Shown: in pieces, positions 55,042-64,000 of the stretch
Position numbering within the stretch: the first letter of the stretch is position 1
How the letters are laid out: the number at the start of each line of letters is the position of its first letter
Source: Oculatellaceae cyanobacterium bins.114
Lineage (GTDB): Bacteria; Cyanobacteriota; Cyanobacteriia; Elainellales; Elainellaceae
Direction of reading: 5' to 3'
NCBI GenBank assembly: GCA_033764315.1
Contig: JANRJA010000075.1
Coordinates: forward strand, 64,001-128,000
DNA length: 64,000 nucleotides
The notes under the pieces: generated by a model
The model's input: the letters and a program-made list of their open reading frames with translations, nothing else
Database searches by the model: none
What the model was told of the DNA's origin: nothing
Made by a program: the position numbers and the translations under genes

Positions 55042-55431
55042 TCAGAGTAGATAAGAAGCCTTGGATTGAAACAACTCTACAACTTGGTTGTCTGAAAGTT
55101 CAGTTCCCTCCCAAACCCGCACATCGAAAGAATTCGCTGAAGCAGCAAGTTCCCAAAAGAGCCGTTTTTCAACAGGGCTTAATCCTCCTTCAGTATACGC
55201 AAGCGGGTGCACAACAACTTTGGGAGCAACCCATCTCTGTTTTCCTAAATTAACTTGTTTAATTGCAGTCTTAGTTACTGCCAAGGCGGAGGCAAAATTT
55301 CCAATCAAAAGCCTTTCAGTAGTAAAAGGCTCATCCGCATTTAGCTCCACTACTGTCTGTCCTTCTAACTGTTTAGCCCATACCTTATTTATTTTGATCT
55401 TGAGATAAACATGAGCATGTTTGAAGAGCAT
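55042..55431 (-). CDS. YjaA-like protein (MreB-subdomain-like)
   Basis: PFTTERLLIGNF...HPL..TEGGLSPVEKR...ELA..A...V.VWEG.EL; start set at MLFKH. Confidence 0.65.
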   Translation of the reverse strand: MLFKHAHVYLKIKINKVWAKQLEGQTVVELNADEPFTTERLLIGNFASALAVTKTAIKQVNLGKQRWVAPKVVVHPLAYTEGGLSPVEKRLFWELAASANSFDVRVWEGTELSDNQVVELFQSKASYLL

Positions 55432-55487
55432 ACCTATTTTCCAACTTGCCTTTACTGCCTCATACAGATTGCCCTGAGAATGAAGCG

Positions 55488-55565
55488 GTTTAACAATCGC
55501 GATCGCCGATGACAAATCATATTGGAACGAAGCTAGTGATTTCCAATCCGTCTGGATACGCGAGG
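55488..55565 (-). other. degenerate attC-like hairpin ending in GTTAAAC upstream of the YjaA-like gene
   Basis: TCGCG/CGCGA and ATTGGAA/TTCCAAT arms; GTTRRRY-matching end at 55494-55488. Confidence 0.4.
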
Positions 55566-55773
55566 GGGAGCTGGCGATCGCCTTGACCCCACCTATACAT
55601 AGCCAGAACCCTTTAGAATTCCTTCCTAGATACCTAGAGGGTTTTTAATTTGGGATTAGGGTGAGTGCTCTCATCAACCCCCTCAAAATACAGTCTCACC
55701 CAAAAACTGATGTGAACCTGTCCTCAGCTGTTGCCAGATATGACTTCAGTGATATTTTGACCCAAGATTGTGC

Positions 55774-55856
55774 CTTATAAGACTCAAATCAGCAGCATTA
55801 GATAACCTCAAAATCAGCACGAATGGCTAGCATCTGGCTCAGGACATATGTTGTAC
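55774..55856 (-). other. degenerate attC-like element downstream of the PIN toxin gene
   Basis: GTACAAC start, AGGTTATCTA shared with the 54943 element, GCTGATTTGAGTCTTAT end. Confidence 0.3.
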
Positions 55857-55886
55857 TGCGCCAAGATTGATTGCTCTCCTCCTCAA

Positions 55887-56381
55887 CTAGCTTTCGTTGA
55901 CTATATTCAAAATTTGGTTGTATAGAGCTGAAGATACTCGAAACTCTGAGGTGGCAATCAAAGCATCCATCAGAGGTTTCACAGCCACAATGAGATTTTT
56001 CCGTTTTGCCTCAACCAAAATACCCAGTAGCCCAGTGATTTTGATTCCCAAGCGGTCAGCCTCTACTCTGCCACGACGCTCATCAATTAGCAGTAGATCT
56101 GCTCCGATTTCCAAAGCTAACGCAATTGCTTCAGACTCTCCAGGATCTAATTTCACCTCGCTTTGAAGGCGTTCAACCACCTTACGGTTCGCAATTAATT
56201 TGACCTCTAACCAAGCAGCTGTTTGGACTTCGACACCTCCTGGAACGGGTGGATCGATGTCTACAAGTTCACGATAGATTGCCTCTGGAATGATGACTTG
56301 CCCATACAGGAGAGGCAGGAGCTTTAACTGGTCTATTGCGGCCAGATTTGTGATTGCTGATGTGTCGCTAATGACAATCAC
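55887..56381 (-). CDS. DUF3368 PIN-domain protein (putative toxin)
   Basis: VISDTS, IPEAIYREL, LDPGESEAIALA, LLIDERRGR, GLLGIL. Confidence 0.9.
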   Translation of the reverse strand: MIVISDTSAITNLAAIDQLKLLPLLYGQVIIPEAIYRELVDIDPPVPGGVEVQTAAWLEVKLIANRKVVERLQSEVKLDPGESEAIALALEIGADLLLIDERRGRVEADRLGIKITGLLGILVEAKRKNLIVAVKPLMDALIATSEFRVSSALYNQILNIVNES

Positions 56382-56626
56382 AATCGCCCCAATTCCTGTA
56401 AGTTCTTCAAGTCCAACTCAAAATCTTCAACATCATAGGAATACAGTGCGATTTTACGCTGCTTTAAGAGTTGGCGAAAAGCATTAAGTGGCATGTCTGC
56501 TAAACGACTCGCATAACCAAGCGTCAAACGACCCGTTTGAAACAGATATATGGCAATTTCCTGGCGAAACTCGCTTGGTGTAAGTTGAGAGGCTTGCAGA
56601 ATTTCATCTGAGATGACAACACTCAT
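56378..56626 (-). CDS. UPF0175 family protein (putative antitoxin)
   Basis: EIAIYLFQ..RLTLGYASRLA...F..LL; 4-bp overlap with DUF3368. Confidence 0.88.
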   Translation of the reverse strand: MSVVISDEILQASQLTPSEFRQEIAIYLFQTGRLTLGYASRLADMPLNAFRQLLKQRKIALYSYDVEDFELDLKNLQELGRL

Positions 56627-56820
56627 AAGAGAGCGACCTTACCGACCACACCTTTAGAGTAACCTAAACAATCCTGATGCCGACAGACAACCCTGAGGTA
56701 CTAACCCCAAGGGCTATAACGCGTGAGGATTTCGTGAGGCGATCGCCCTACACGAGTTTTGAAACAAAACGGTACACTCAAACAGTAGCGCAAATCCCTG
56801 TTGAGTTCTAGTTAGCCTCT

Positions 56821-58899
56821 ATGTCGAATCGTCTGGCTCAATCTGAAAGCCTCTATCTGCGTAAGCACGCCGACAACCCGATCGATTGGTATCCGTGGGG
56901 AGATGAGGCAATTCAAAAAGCTCGTCAAGAAGACAAGCCTATCTTCCTGTCGATTGGCTATTCCAGTTGCCACTGGTGCACCGTGATGGAGGGGGAAGCG
57001 TTTTCAGATGGGGCGATCGCTGACTACATGAATGCCAACTTTGTAGCAATCAAGGTCGATCGCGAGGAACGCCCTGATATCGACAGCATTTACATGCAAG
57101 CCTTACAAATGATGGTCGGACAGGGGGGATGGCCGCTCAACGTATTTCTAGCACCGGATGATCTGGTGCCCTTTTATGGGGGGACGTATTTTCCACTCGA
57201 CCCCAAATATGGGCGACCCGGATTTTTACAAGTTTTAGAGTCGCTGCGCCGCATCTATGACTCTGAAAAGAGCAAAGTTCAAGGGGTCAAAGACCAGATT
57301 TTGCAACAGTTGCAGCAATCTGCGGTGCTTGCAACTGACGAGTTAACCGATGATTTGCTGCACAAAGGTCTGGAGTATAGTGCTGGGGTGCTATCGAGCC
57401 GGGGGATGGGGCCTAGTTTCCCGATGATTCCCTATGCAGAGGCGGCATTACATGGGTTGCGCCTGAGCAGTGCTGATGCTCAATATGACGTGGCTGAGGT
57501 TTGTCAGCAACGGGCCCTCGATTTGGCACTGGGTGGCATCTATGACCACGTCGCAGGGGGATTTCATCGCTACACGGTTGACTCAACCTGGACAGTGCCC
57601 CACTTTGAAAAAATGCTTTATGACAATGGGCAGATTGTGGAATATTTGGCGCATGTCTGGAGTGCCGGAATGCAAGACCCTGCCTTTGCTAGGGCGATCG
57701 CAGGCACAGTGCAATGGCTCAAACGCGAGATGACCGCTCCGGAAGGCTATTTTTATGCGGCTCAAGATGCCGATAGTTTCACAACACCTACCGATGTGGA
57801 ACCTGAGGAAGGAGCTTTTTATGTGTGGGGTTATAGGGAACTCGAGCAGCACTTAACCTCTGACGAGCTAGCAGAATTGACTGAGCAGTTTACCGTCACT
57901 CGTACGGGCAACTTTGAGGGCAAGATTGTGTTGCAGCGTCGCCAGTCGGGTGAGTTATCGACGACTCTAGAAACAGCACTTGCCAAGCTATTTGCGCTGC
58001 GATATGGAGACGCCCCAGCGAAAATCACGACCTTTCCACCTGCCCGAAACAACCACGAAGCCAAGACTCAACCCTGGCAGGGGCGGATTCCAGCGGTTAC
58101 AGATACGAAGATGATCGTTGCCTGGAACAGTCTCATGATCTCTGGATTGGCAACAGCGGCGATCGCCCTGCAAGTACCAAACTATCTCACCCTGGCAACC
58201 CAAGCGACTCAATTCATTTTGCAGCATCAATGGCAACCCACCGATACAGGCGTGCGGTTGCATCGGCTTAATTACGATGGCAAAGCCAGTGTAGTCGCCC
58301 AGTCTGAGGATTATGCCTTTTTCATCAAAGCCTTGCTGGATCTGGATCAGGCTGAGTTGAGCCTCAATTCCAATCAGCCCTCTCGCCAGTGGTTAGACCA
58401 AGCCGTGAAGACTCAAGCTGAGTTCGATGAGTTTTTGTGGAGCCTTGATAGTGGGGGTTATTACAACACTGATGCTCGCAGTGACTTGGTCATCCGCGAA
58501 CGCAGTTATGCCGATAATGCAACTCCCTCTGCTAATGGGGTGGCGATCGCCAATCTCGTTCGGTTATTTCTGCGGACTGAGGAGTTGTCTCACCTAGATA
58601 AGGCCCAGCAATCTTTGCAGGCGTTTAGTAGCGTTATGGCTCGTGCGCCTCAAGCCTGTCCTACAGTGTTGAGTGCTTTAGATTGGTATCTCAATCAAAC
58701 CCTGATTCGCACAGATGCCCATCAACTGGCTCAACTAGCGACTCAATATCTTCCTACGGCAGTTCTCGCGATCGAGCCGTTGCCTGCTGGGATCGTTGGG
58801 TTAGTGTGTCAGGGGTTGAGTTGTCAAGAACCCGCCCAGAGTGTGACTCAGTTGCAAGAGCAGGTGCAGTCTAGTCTGGCTAGGGGCCTGAGAAAATAG
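56821..58899 (+). CDS. thioredoxin-domain protein YyaL/SPATA20 family
   Basis: NRLAQSESLYLRKHADNP, CHWC, VPHFEKMLYD, DNATPSAN. Confidence 0.93.
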   Translation: MSNRLAQSESLYLRKHADNPIDWYPWGDEAIQKARQEDKPIFLSIGYSSCHWCTVMEGEAFSDGAIADYMNANFVAIKVDREERPDIDSIYMQALQMMVGQGGWPLNVFLAPDDLVPFYGGTYFPLDPKYGRPGFLQVLESLRRIYDSEKSKVQGVKDQILQQLQQSAVLATDELTDDLLHKGLEYSAGVLSSRGMGPSFPMIPYAEAALHGLRLSSADAQYDVAEVCQQRALDLALGGIYDHVAGGFHRYTVDSTWTVPHFEKMLYDNGQIVEYLAHVWSAGMQDPAFARAIAGTVQWLKREMTAPEGYFYAAQDADSFTTPTDVEPEEGAFYVWGYRELEQHLTSDELAELTEQFTVTRTGNFEGKIVLQRRQSGELSTTLETALAKLFALRYGDAPAKITTFPPARNNHEAKTQPWQGRIPAVTDTKMIVAWNSLMISGLATAAIALQVPNYLTLATQATQFILQHQWQPTDTGVRLHRLNYDGKASVVAQSEDYAFFIKALLDLDQAELSLNSNQPSRQWLDQAVKTQAEFDEFLWSLDSGGYYNTDARSDLVIRERSYADNATPSANGVAIANLVRLFLRTEELSHLDKAQQSLQAFSSVMARAPQACPTVLSALDWYLNQTLIRTDAHQLAQLATQYLPTAVLAIEPLPAGIVGLVCQGLSCQEPAQSVTQLQEQVQSSLARGLRK

Positions 58900-59152
58900 C
58901 CGCTTCTAAGTCTTGGCGACTCAGAGAATATTTAAATGAACGTTGAATATCACGTCCATCATCGCTGGCGTTGAAATAGCGCACGGCAAAAGCGTCGATT
59001 TCCATGACAATCTCAGCTTCCCATCCTGCTTTTTTGACGTGCCAATGGTGCAAATTGCGATCGTCTTGTTGACAGCCGTTGTCGATTAACCAAGTTTCAA
59101 TATCGGGAAGGGGGTGATTATAGAGCGGAGTATCAGCAGAAGGAAGCGTCAT
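58880..59152 (-). CDS. DUF3143 family protein
   Basis: TPLYNHPLP.IE.WL...FKYSLSRQDLEAAIF.GP. Confidence 0.85.
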   Translation of the reverse strand: MTLPSADTPLYNHPLPDIETWLIDNGCQQDDRNLHHWHVKKAGWEAEIVMEIDAFAVRYFNASDDGRDIQRSFKYSLSRQDLEAAIFSGP

Positions 59153-59787
59153 GAGTTTGGCGAGGTTGAGGATGGCAGCGATAGGGTAGGAGTCAGATCG
59201 GGTGGCTCGATCGCATCCTCTGGAGTTAGGTTGCTTGGTGGTAGAGGAGGTGAGGTTGAGTCAAGGAATGGCGTATGTTGCACCTCTGGAGGAATTAGCT
59301 CACGGATTTCAACTGCGGGTGGGTTAGTCGCTGCGGTGAGGGGTTGAAAGGCACTTTCTCCACGGGTAATGCCAATGGCAATCACCAGAATGAGACAGCC
59401 AATAAAAGTTACTCCCAAAATAAACAGCGCAAAGACTTCACCCGCCGACAAAGGGCGATCGGTTGGCTCTAGATAAGCTGAAGAACGATAACTCCTGCTT
59501 TCAGAAACAGGGCGGTTGAAATCGGGCAAGGATTGAATCACCGAAAAGCGAGAGTAGCCAATCTTGAGATCGTAGGTCGCGCGTTTTTCAGGACTGCTCA
59601 GCGTCGCATAAGCTTCATTGAGCCGTTGAAACTTGGCCGTGGCGATCGCATCAGGCAATTCAGTCGTGTCAGGATGATAGAGCTTACTCAGCTCTCGGTA
59701 GGTGCGTCGAATTTGCTGCACCGATGCCGAAGGAGTTAACCCTAACACCTGATAGTAGTTAGAAGCCAAATCATCCGACATTTGCAT
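59149..59787 (-). CDS. J-domain (DnaJ type III) membrane protein
   Basis: YYQVLG...YHPD...LNEAY; C-terminal TM. Confidence 0.92.
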   Translation of the reverse strand: MQMSDDLASNYYQVLGLTPSASVQQIRRTYRELSKLYHPDTTELPDAIATAKFQRLNEAYATLSSPEKRATYDLKIGYSRFSVIQSLPDFNRPVSESRSYRSSAYLEPTDRPLSAGEVFALFILGVTFIGCLILVIAIGITRGESAFQPLTAATNPPAVEIRELIPPEVQHTPFLDSTSPPLPPSNLTPEDAIEPPDLTPTLSLPSSTSPNS

Positions 59788-59900
59788 TCCTCCACAGGTC
59801 GCACACCTTAACTAGTAACCCTTCTAGCGAATCATTGTTTTAGTTATTGTAACTGGGTTAATTTCGGTTACGCTGCTCAGGTGCTAATTTTTGTTCTGAT

Positions 59901-60746
59901 TTAGGTGCCTGCAAAACAGGCAGAGCGAGTCAGGCGAATCTGAGCCAGTGTGAAAATGACTGGAATGACCCGACCATAATTAGTGGCGATCGATCGCCAC
60001 CCTAAGTCAGCAAAAAACCACACCCATAACGCAGGGCCTAAAAACGCAAACATCGATCGCACAGTGCCATAACGCGCCGCATTGAGAGCCATGCCCCGTG
60101 ATGCAGTTTGCAGAGCCAGTTTGCTTTGCAATTGAGTGGCGACTGTCACACTGCCTTGAACTAATGCCTCCGTGGCAACTTGATAAGTGGCGGCATGCAG
60201 TGCAAACTGGCGGGTGATTTGTTGCAACAGCCAGGGCCCCACTACTGAACTGACGGCAAACGCGCTACCCCCTTTGAGCACCAGGGTAATCGGGTCTTTG
60301 TGCACCGCAGCGGGGAGTTGCTTGGTGAGTTGAGCGTGGGAGAGTGCTTCTTGTAACTGCCCTGTGAGAACTCGTTGTTGGGCAGGAGGCAGTTTTTTCC
60401 AGGCGCAGTTGAGAATGTGTAGAAAAATTTCAGCTTCTAGTTCTTCTGTCGAGAAGGTTTGGGAATAGGAGATTTTGAGGTGGCGGCAAACCCGCATCAG
60501 CACTTGTCGGTAACTGATTTGCCCAGTTTTGCGCTTTAGAACTGTGAAACCATCTGCCGCCAGAAATCGAAATCGCTCTTCAATCGCATCCAGTTGTGCC
60601 ATGCGATCGCGGCTCTGCACCTCAATAATTTCAGGGGTGCAAACATAGTCCAACGGGTTAAATTTGCGTTGAAACAAAATCTCAGTGAGTGTCTCTAACT
60701 CTTCATCTGTTGCTAGTTCTAGACCCGTTCTCAATTCATCTAACAC
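59901..60746 (-). CDS. YaaW/UPF0174 family protein
   Basis: LELATDEEL, FNPLDY, ISYRQVL, TNYGRVIP. Confidence 0.85.
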   Translation of the reverse strand: MLDELRTGLELATDEELETLTEILFQRKFNPLDYVCTPEIIEVQSRDRMAQLDAIEERFRFLAADGFTVLKRKTGQISYRQVLMRVCRHLKISYSQTFSTEELEAEIFLHILNCAWKKLPPAQQRVLTGQLQEALSHAQLTKQLPAAVHKDPITLVLKGGSAFAVSSVVGPWLLQQITRQFALHAATYQVATEALVQGSVTVATQLQSKLALQTASRGMALNAARYGTVRSMFAFLGPALWVWFFADLGWRSIATNYGRVIPVIFTLAQIRLTRSACFAGT

Positions 60747-60834
60747 ATCAAACCTCCTGCCTCAATCCCCAAAAAACCGCTGGCTCTTGTCTCATATTCT
60801 ACTTACATTAAGACTTACGCAGTTGAAAGAAAAT

Positions 60835-61908
60835 ATGCAAGAAACCAGAGTTGATATCGCAGTCATTGGCGCAGGCATCACCGGACTTGTCTGTGCTCGA
60901 CACCTGCAACAAGCGGGATACCAGACGGTCATTCTTGAAAAGTCACGAGGACTAGGGGGACGGTTGGCAACTCGACGTCTAGAAGGAACGTGGGCAGATC
61001 ATGGCACTCGCTATTTAGAGCCTCAGGGCAAATGGTCAGACTTGTTGATTCAAACCCTGTGCGATCGCGGCATTGTGCATTTGTGGACAGAGTCACTTTA
61101 TCAGTGGGTTGAGGGGCAACTGTCGCCGTTAGAACATCGCCCCTGTTATGTAGCAAAAGATGGGATCACGGCGATCGCCAAATATTTAGGAGCCAATCTC
61201 AACGTTCAACGGCAACAGCGAGTAACAGCCATCACTCCCCAGGCTGGAGATTGGAGTTTGACGTTAGAGGCAACCGGGACTGAATCCCTGACCCCGATTA
61301 CAGCCAGGGCGATTGTCATCGCCATTCCTGCGCCCCAAGCGATGCTGTTGTTGCAGCCCTTGGCGGAGGTGGGTTTGCCAGATGAGCTTCTCACTGCCGT
61401 GGGGTCAGTGCAGTTTGATCCTTGTTTCAGTGCGATCGCCACTTATCCCGCAGCACGAGTGGCAGAACTAGCCAGTCTGCCCTGGTGTGGGGTGATTTTT
61501 AAGGATGATGTCGATCTCAGTTGGGTAGGGTTAGAGAGCCGCAAACAGACCGTTGCACAGCAACCCGTTGTAGTGGTGCAAAGCAGTGCTCGATTTGCGG
61601 CTCAATCTCTAGAAGAGACAAACCTTCAGCCGATTGGTCAACGGTTGCTGACACGAGCCGCTGAGATGCTCATTCCCTGGTTAGACACCGCAACGATCTT
61701 GCAAGTCCATCGCTGGCGTTATGCCTTTGCGCAAACTCCGCTCTCAACGGCTTATCTCGCCACAACAAATCCCCTACCACTGGTATGTGGTGGGGACTGG
61801 TGTGGTGGCAATAACCTGGAAAGTGCGTTGCAGTCAGGGATGGCGATCGCCCATGAGATTAATCAACGGCTTGATCAACGATCGATGCCAGAACTTACGG
61901 TTCAATAA
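60835..61908 (+). CDS. renalase-like NAD(P)/FAD-dependent oxidoreductase
   Basis: IGAGITG, EKSRGLGGRLATRR, DHG, HRWRYA, GDWC; start set at MQETR. Confidence 0.9.
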   Translation: MQETRVDIAVIGAGITGLVCARHLQQAGYQTVILEKSRGLGGRLATRRLEGTWADHGTRYLEPQGKWSDLLIQTLCDRGIVHLWTESLYQWVEGQLSPLEHRPCYVAKDGITAIAKYLGANLNVQRQQRVTAITPQAGDWSLTLEATGTESLTPITARAIVIAIPAPQAMLLLQPLAEVGLPDELLTAVGSVQFDPCFSAIATYPAARVAELASLPWCGVIFKDDVDLSWVGLESRKQTVAQQPVVVVQSSARFAAQSLEETNLQPIGQRLLTRAAEMLIPWLDTATILQVHRWRYAFAQTPLSTAYLATTNPLPLVCGGDWCGGNNLESALQSGMAIAHEINQRLDQRSMPELTVQ

Positions 61909-61989
61909 AGTGGCGATCGCTTAGATCAATATAGGAGAGCTGATACAGAGTAAGGAGTAATTTCAGCAAAAGAACTTCGCTGACGCTCT

Positions 61990-62184
61990 CTACATGTTGT
62001 CAGCGGCTCCTTCGCTATTATTCCCCTTCTCTTCCATGTCGTCCATGTCCTGAGCGTTGTTGTCGCCGCCAAAGCGTCTTCTACCTCCCATTCCACGTCC
62101 GGTGCTAGGGCGTTTACGAAACTTGCGGGCGTAGGCCTGGTTGCGGAGAGCTTTTTCTTTCTTCTGGTTGCGGCGTTTAGCCAT
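61990..62184 (-). CDS. small highly basic conserved cyanobacterial protein
   Basis: MAKRRNQKKEKALRNQAYARKFRK, AGAGG RBS, acidic tail. Confidence 0.85.
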   Translation of the reverse strand: MAKRRNQKKEKALRNQAYARKFRKRPSTGRGMGGRRRFGGDNNAQDMDDMEEKGNNSEGAADNM

Positions 62185-62398
62185 GCTTAACCTCTTTAAA
62201 TCGATGGACTGAACGAACAGACATAATCATTGCTGCAAACAAAATGATTGAACAGGGGTTAATAGTTTGAACAACCCTGCAAGAGGTATACTCTAGCACA
62301 ATCTTGAGCCATTCTGGTGGGGTTTAAAAACTGGAATGTGGGGATCAAAAGGGGGATCGCTGACTCACCTGGTTCAGCAAGGGAAATTAAATAAACTA

Positions 62399-62507
62399 AC
62401 GCGATGTGCAACTTAGAGGTTTAGATCCCCGGTTGCTCGTTCAGCATCCTCAAAGTAGTCTGATTTGCGTCACAGCAACCGGGTATCTGGGGGAAGTCGC
62501 ACACGGG
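62399..62507 (+). repeat. about 109-bp interspersed repeat (inverted copy of 23121-23229)
   Basis: few mismatches relative to the reverse complement of 23121-23229. Confidence 0.9.
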
Positions 62508-62624
62508 ATTAAACTAAAAACTTTTAAGGGTGTAGTAATTTGGCGCAACATCTTGAGGTGGGTCACGAGACGTCTTGCTCCACTACGCTGCCCCAGTATG
62601 ACACTCCACTATGACGCTCCACCA

Positions 62625-63932
62625 CTACGCCCCAATCAACGTTTTAGCAAATTGGATCGCATCTTCACGGGTTGCAATTTTTCCTTCAGCTTGTGCCAGT
62701 TGAATCTTTTGTAGCAAATGCCCAATTTGAGGACCTGCGGGAAGCTGCAACGCTGTCATCAAATCTCGCCCTGTTAATGGAGGAATGGGATGGGCGATCG
62801 CATCTCCAGGGGTGAGAAACCGTTGCATGAGGGGGGCGATCGCCTGAAGTGGGGTGCCTAACGCGACGGTCAACACCGCCAGAGCCGGAAAAGTTGCCCC
62901 TATCCCTTGAAACAAAAAGTATTGCTCTCGTGCTGGCATATCAGAGTCAACAAAAGCCTGCAATTGGGGCAAGTATTTCAGCACAGTCAAAACCGCTTGC
63001 ACCTCAGCTCGGCTATATTTCAACCGCCACAACTCTTGCTCTGCCACCTGTAAATCAGCCGCGATCAGGCGGGTCAGTTTGGCAATCTTAAACCAACTGC
63101 GACCCGTTCCTGCTGCTTTTTGTTGATCTCGCAACCAGCCAAATAACTCTGAGCCAAACGGTTCCCATTGTTCAGCCAGGGCGATCGCCGCTCGATCGAG
63201 ATCGGCAACTTGTGCCAATCGGCTTGCTGTCGCATGGGGAAACCAATATTGCAATAATCCATCGTGACGAGCAACGGTCAGGAGAGGAGTTCCTTTGGGG
63301 GTGCTCAACAAATAACTCAGCTCGGCTTGCACCCGCTCTGGGGCGATGAATCGCAATAAATCAGCTAACTGCTGAATGGTGTCTTGGGTGTCAGGTTCAA
63401 GCGTGAACTCTAGCTGAGCCGCCTGACGATAAGCTCGCAATAAACGCAGTGGGTCTTCCTTGAGATTTTCGGGAGCCACCATGCGAATCAGGTGTTGTTG
63501 CAGGTCATGATAACCCTGGAGAGGATCGAGTAACTGACGAGTATGAGGGTTATAGGCGATCGCGTTGACGGTAAAGTCGCGCCGTTCTAAATCTGTTTCA
63601 AGGGTTGGGCCTACTTGTTGAGCAAAGTCAACGGTGGCATGCTCAAACACCACCCGCGCAATTTGTCGCTCAGCATCGAGCAACACAAAGCCCGCTCGGT
63701 AATGATTGGCGATCGCTCGTGCTGTTTGTACTGCCCCTTCTGGCATGACAAAATCCAGATCTAAATATTCAGCCCGTCTGCCCAGCAACGCATCGCGGAC
63801 GTTTCCCCCAACTAGATAGGTCGCAGGAGGCAACCATTTCAAATCAAAAGGCCAGGTCTTGGGTGACAAGACTGAGCTGCAGGTAAAGGTGTGCTGTTGT
63901 TGCAGATCGGGGTACAAATTAGGACGGCTCAA
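62625..63932 (-). CDS. class II tRNA nucleotidyltransferase, probably CC-adding type
   Basis: VGGNVRD..L...DLD, DLERRDFTVNA, EDPLRLLR, PERV. Confidence 0.9.
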   Translation of the reverse strand: MSRPNLYPDLQQQHTFTCSSVLSPKTWPFDLKWLPPATYLVGGNVRDALLGRRAEYLDLDFVMPEGAVQTARAIANHYRAGFVLLDAERQIARVVFEHATVDFAQQVGPTLETDLERRDFTVNAIAYNPHTRQLLDPLQGYHDLQQHLIRMVAPENLKEDPLRLLRAYRQAAQLEFTLEPDTQDTIQQLADLLRFIAPERVQAELSYLLSTPKGTPLLTVARHDGLLQYWFPHATASRLAQVADLDRAAIALAEQWEPFGSELFGWLRDQQKAAGTGRSWFKIAKLTRLIAADLQVAEQELWRLKYSRAEVQAVLTVLKYLPQLQAFVDSDMPAREQYFLFQGIGATFPALAVLTVALGTPLQAIAPLMQRFLTPGDAIAHPIPPLTGRDLMTALQLPAGPQIGHLLQKIQLAQAEGKIATREDAIQFAKTLIGA

Positions 63933-64000
63933 ACGTGAATGAACTGAATACTGCCACAGGGCATGAGGGAACTTGGGGAGACTAATGATTTAAGCGATAG

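Noticed and set aside
62406..62714. 102-aa ORF
   Set aside because: Read through the 109-bp repeat and antisense to the nucleotidyltransferase.

Overview
Chromosomal window from a cyanobacterium. Evidence: dense HIP1 octamers (GCGATCGC), psbU, hemH with a CAB tail, and the cyanobacterial atp1-atpIHGFDAC operon. The organism is probably filamentous and non-heterocystous (inferred from the hetR-patX linkage and HetR residue states). Most of the window is housekeeping: tRNA-Ser, hemH, a tyrosine recombinase, an Hpt/RsbW/REC-PP2C module, amidase, dps-srx-hdrB, leuB, nth, pilD, two identical tRNA-Asp genes, rplU-rpmA, Rrf2, cyAbrB, uppP, FHA-adenylate cyclase, psbU-nadB, prfC, ATP synthase and a CC-adding-type tRNA nucleotidyltransferase. 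The main points of interest are: (1) hetR with an adjacent RGSGR peptide gene (patX), three nearby pentapeptide-repeat genes (HetL-like immunity candidates) and an NtcA-like box; (2) a degenerate integron-cassette-like array after atpC, in which attC-like hairpins separate a YjaA-like gene and a PIN-type TA pair, with no intI; (3) an orphan secreted micro-protein ending in YVPPDNIGGPDRSQGSGTR; (4) several MITE/REP-like repeat families that pile up at hotspots. No CRISPR array, rRNA or intact transposase was seen.
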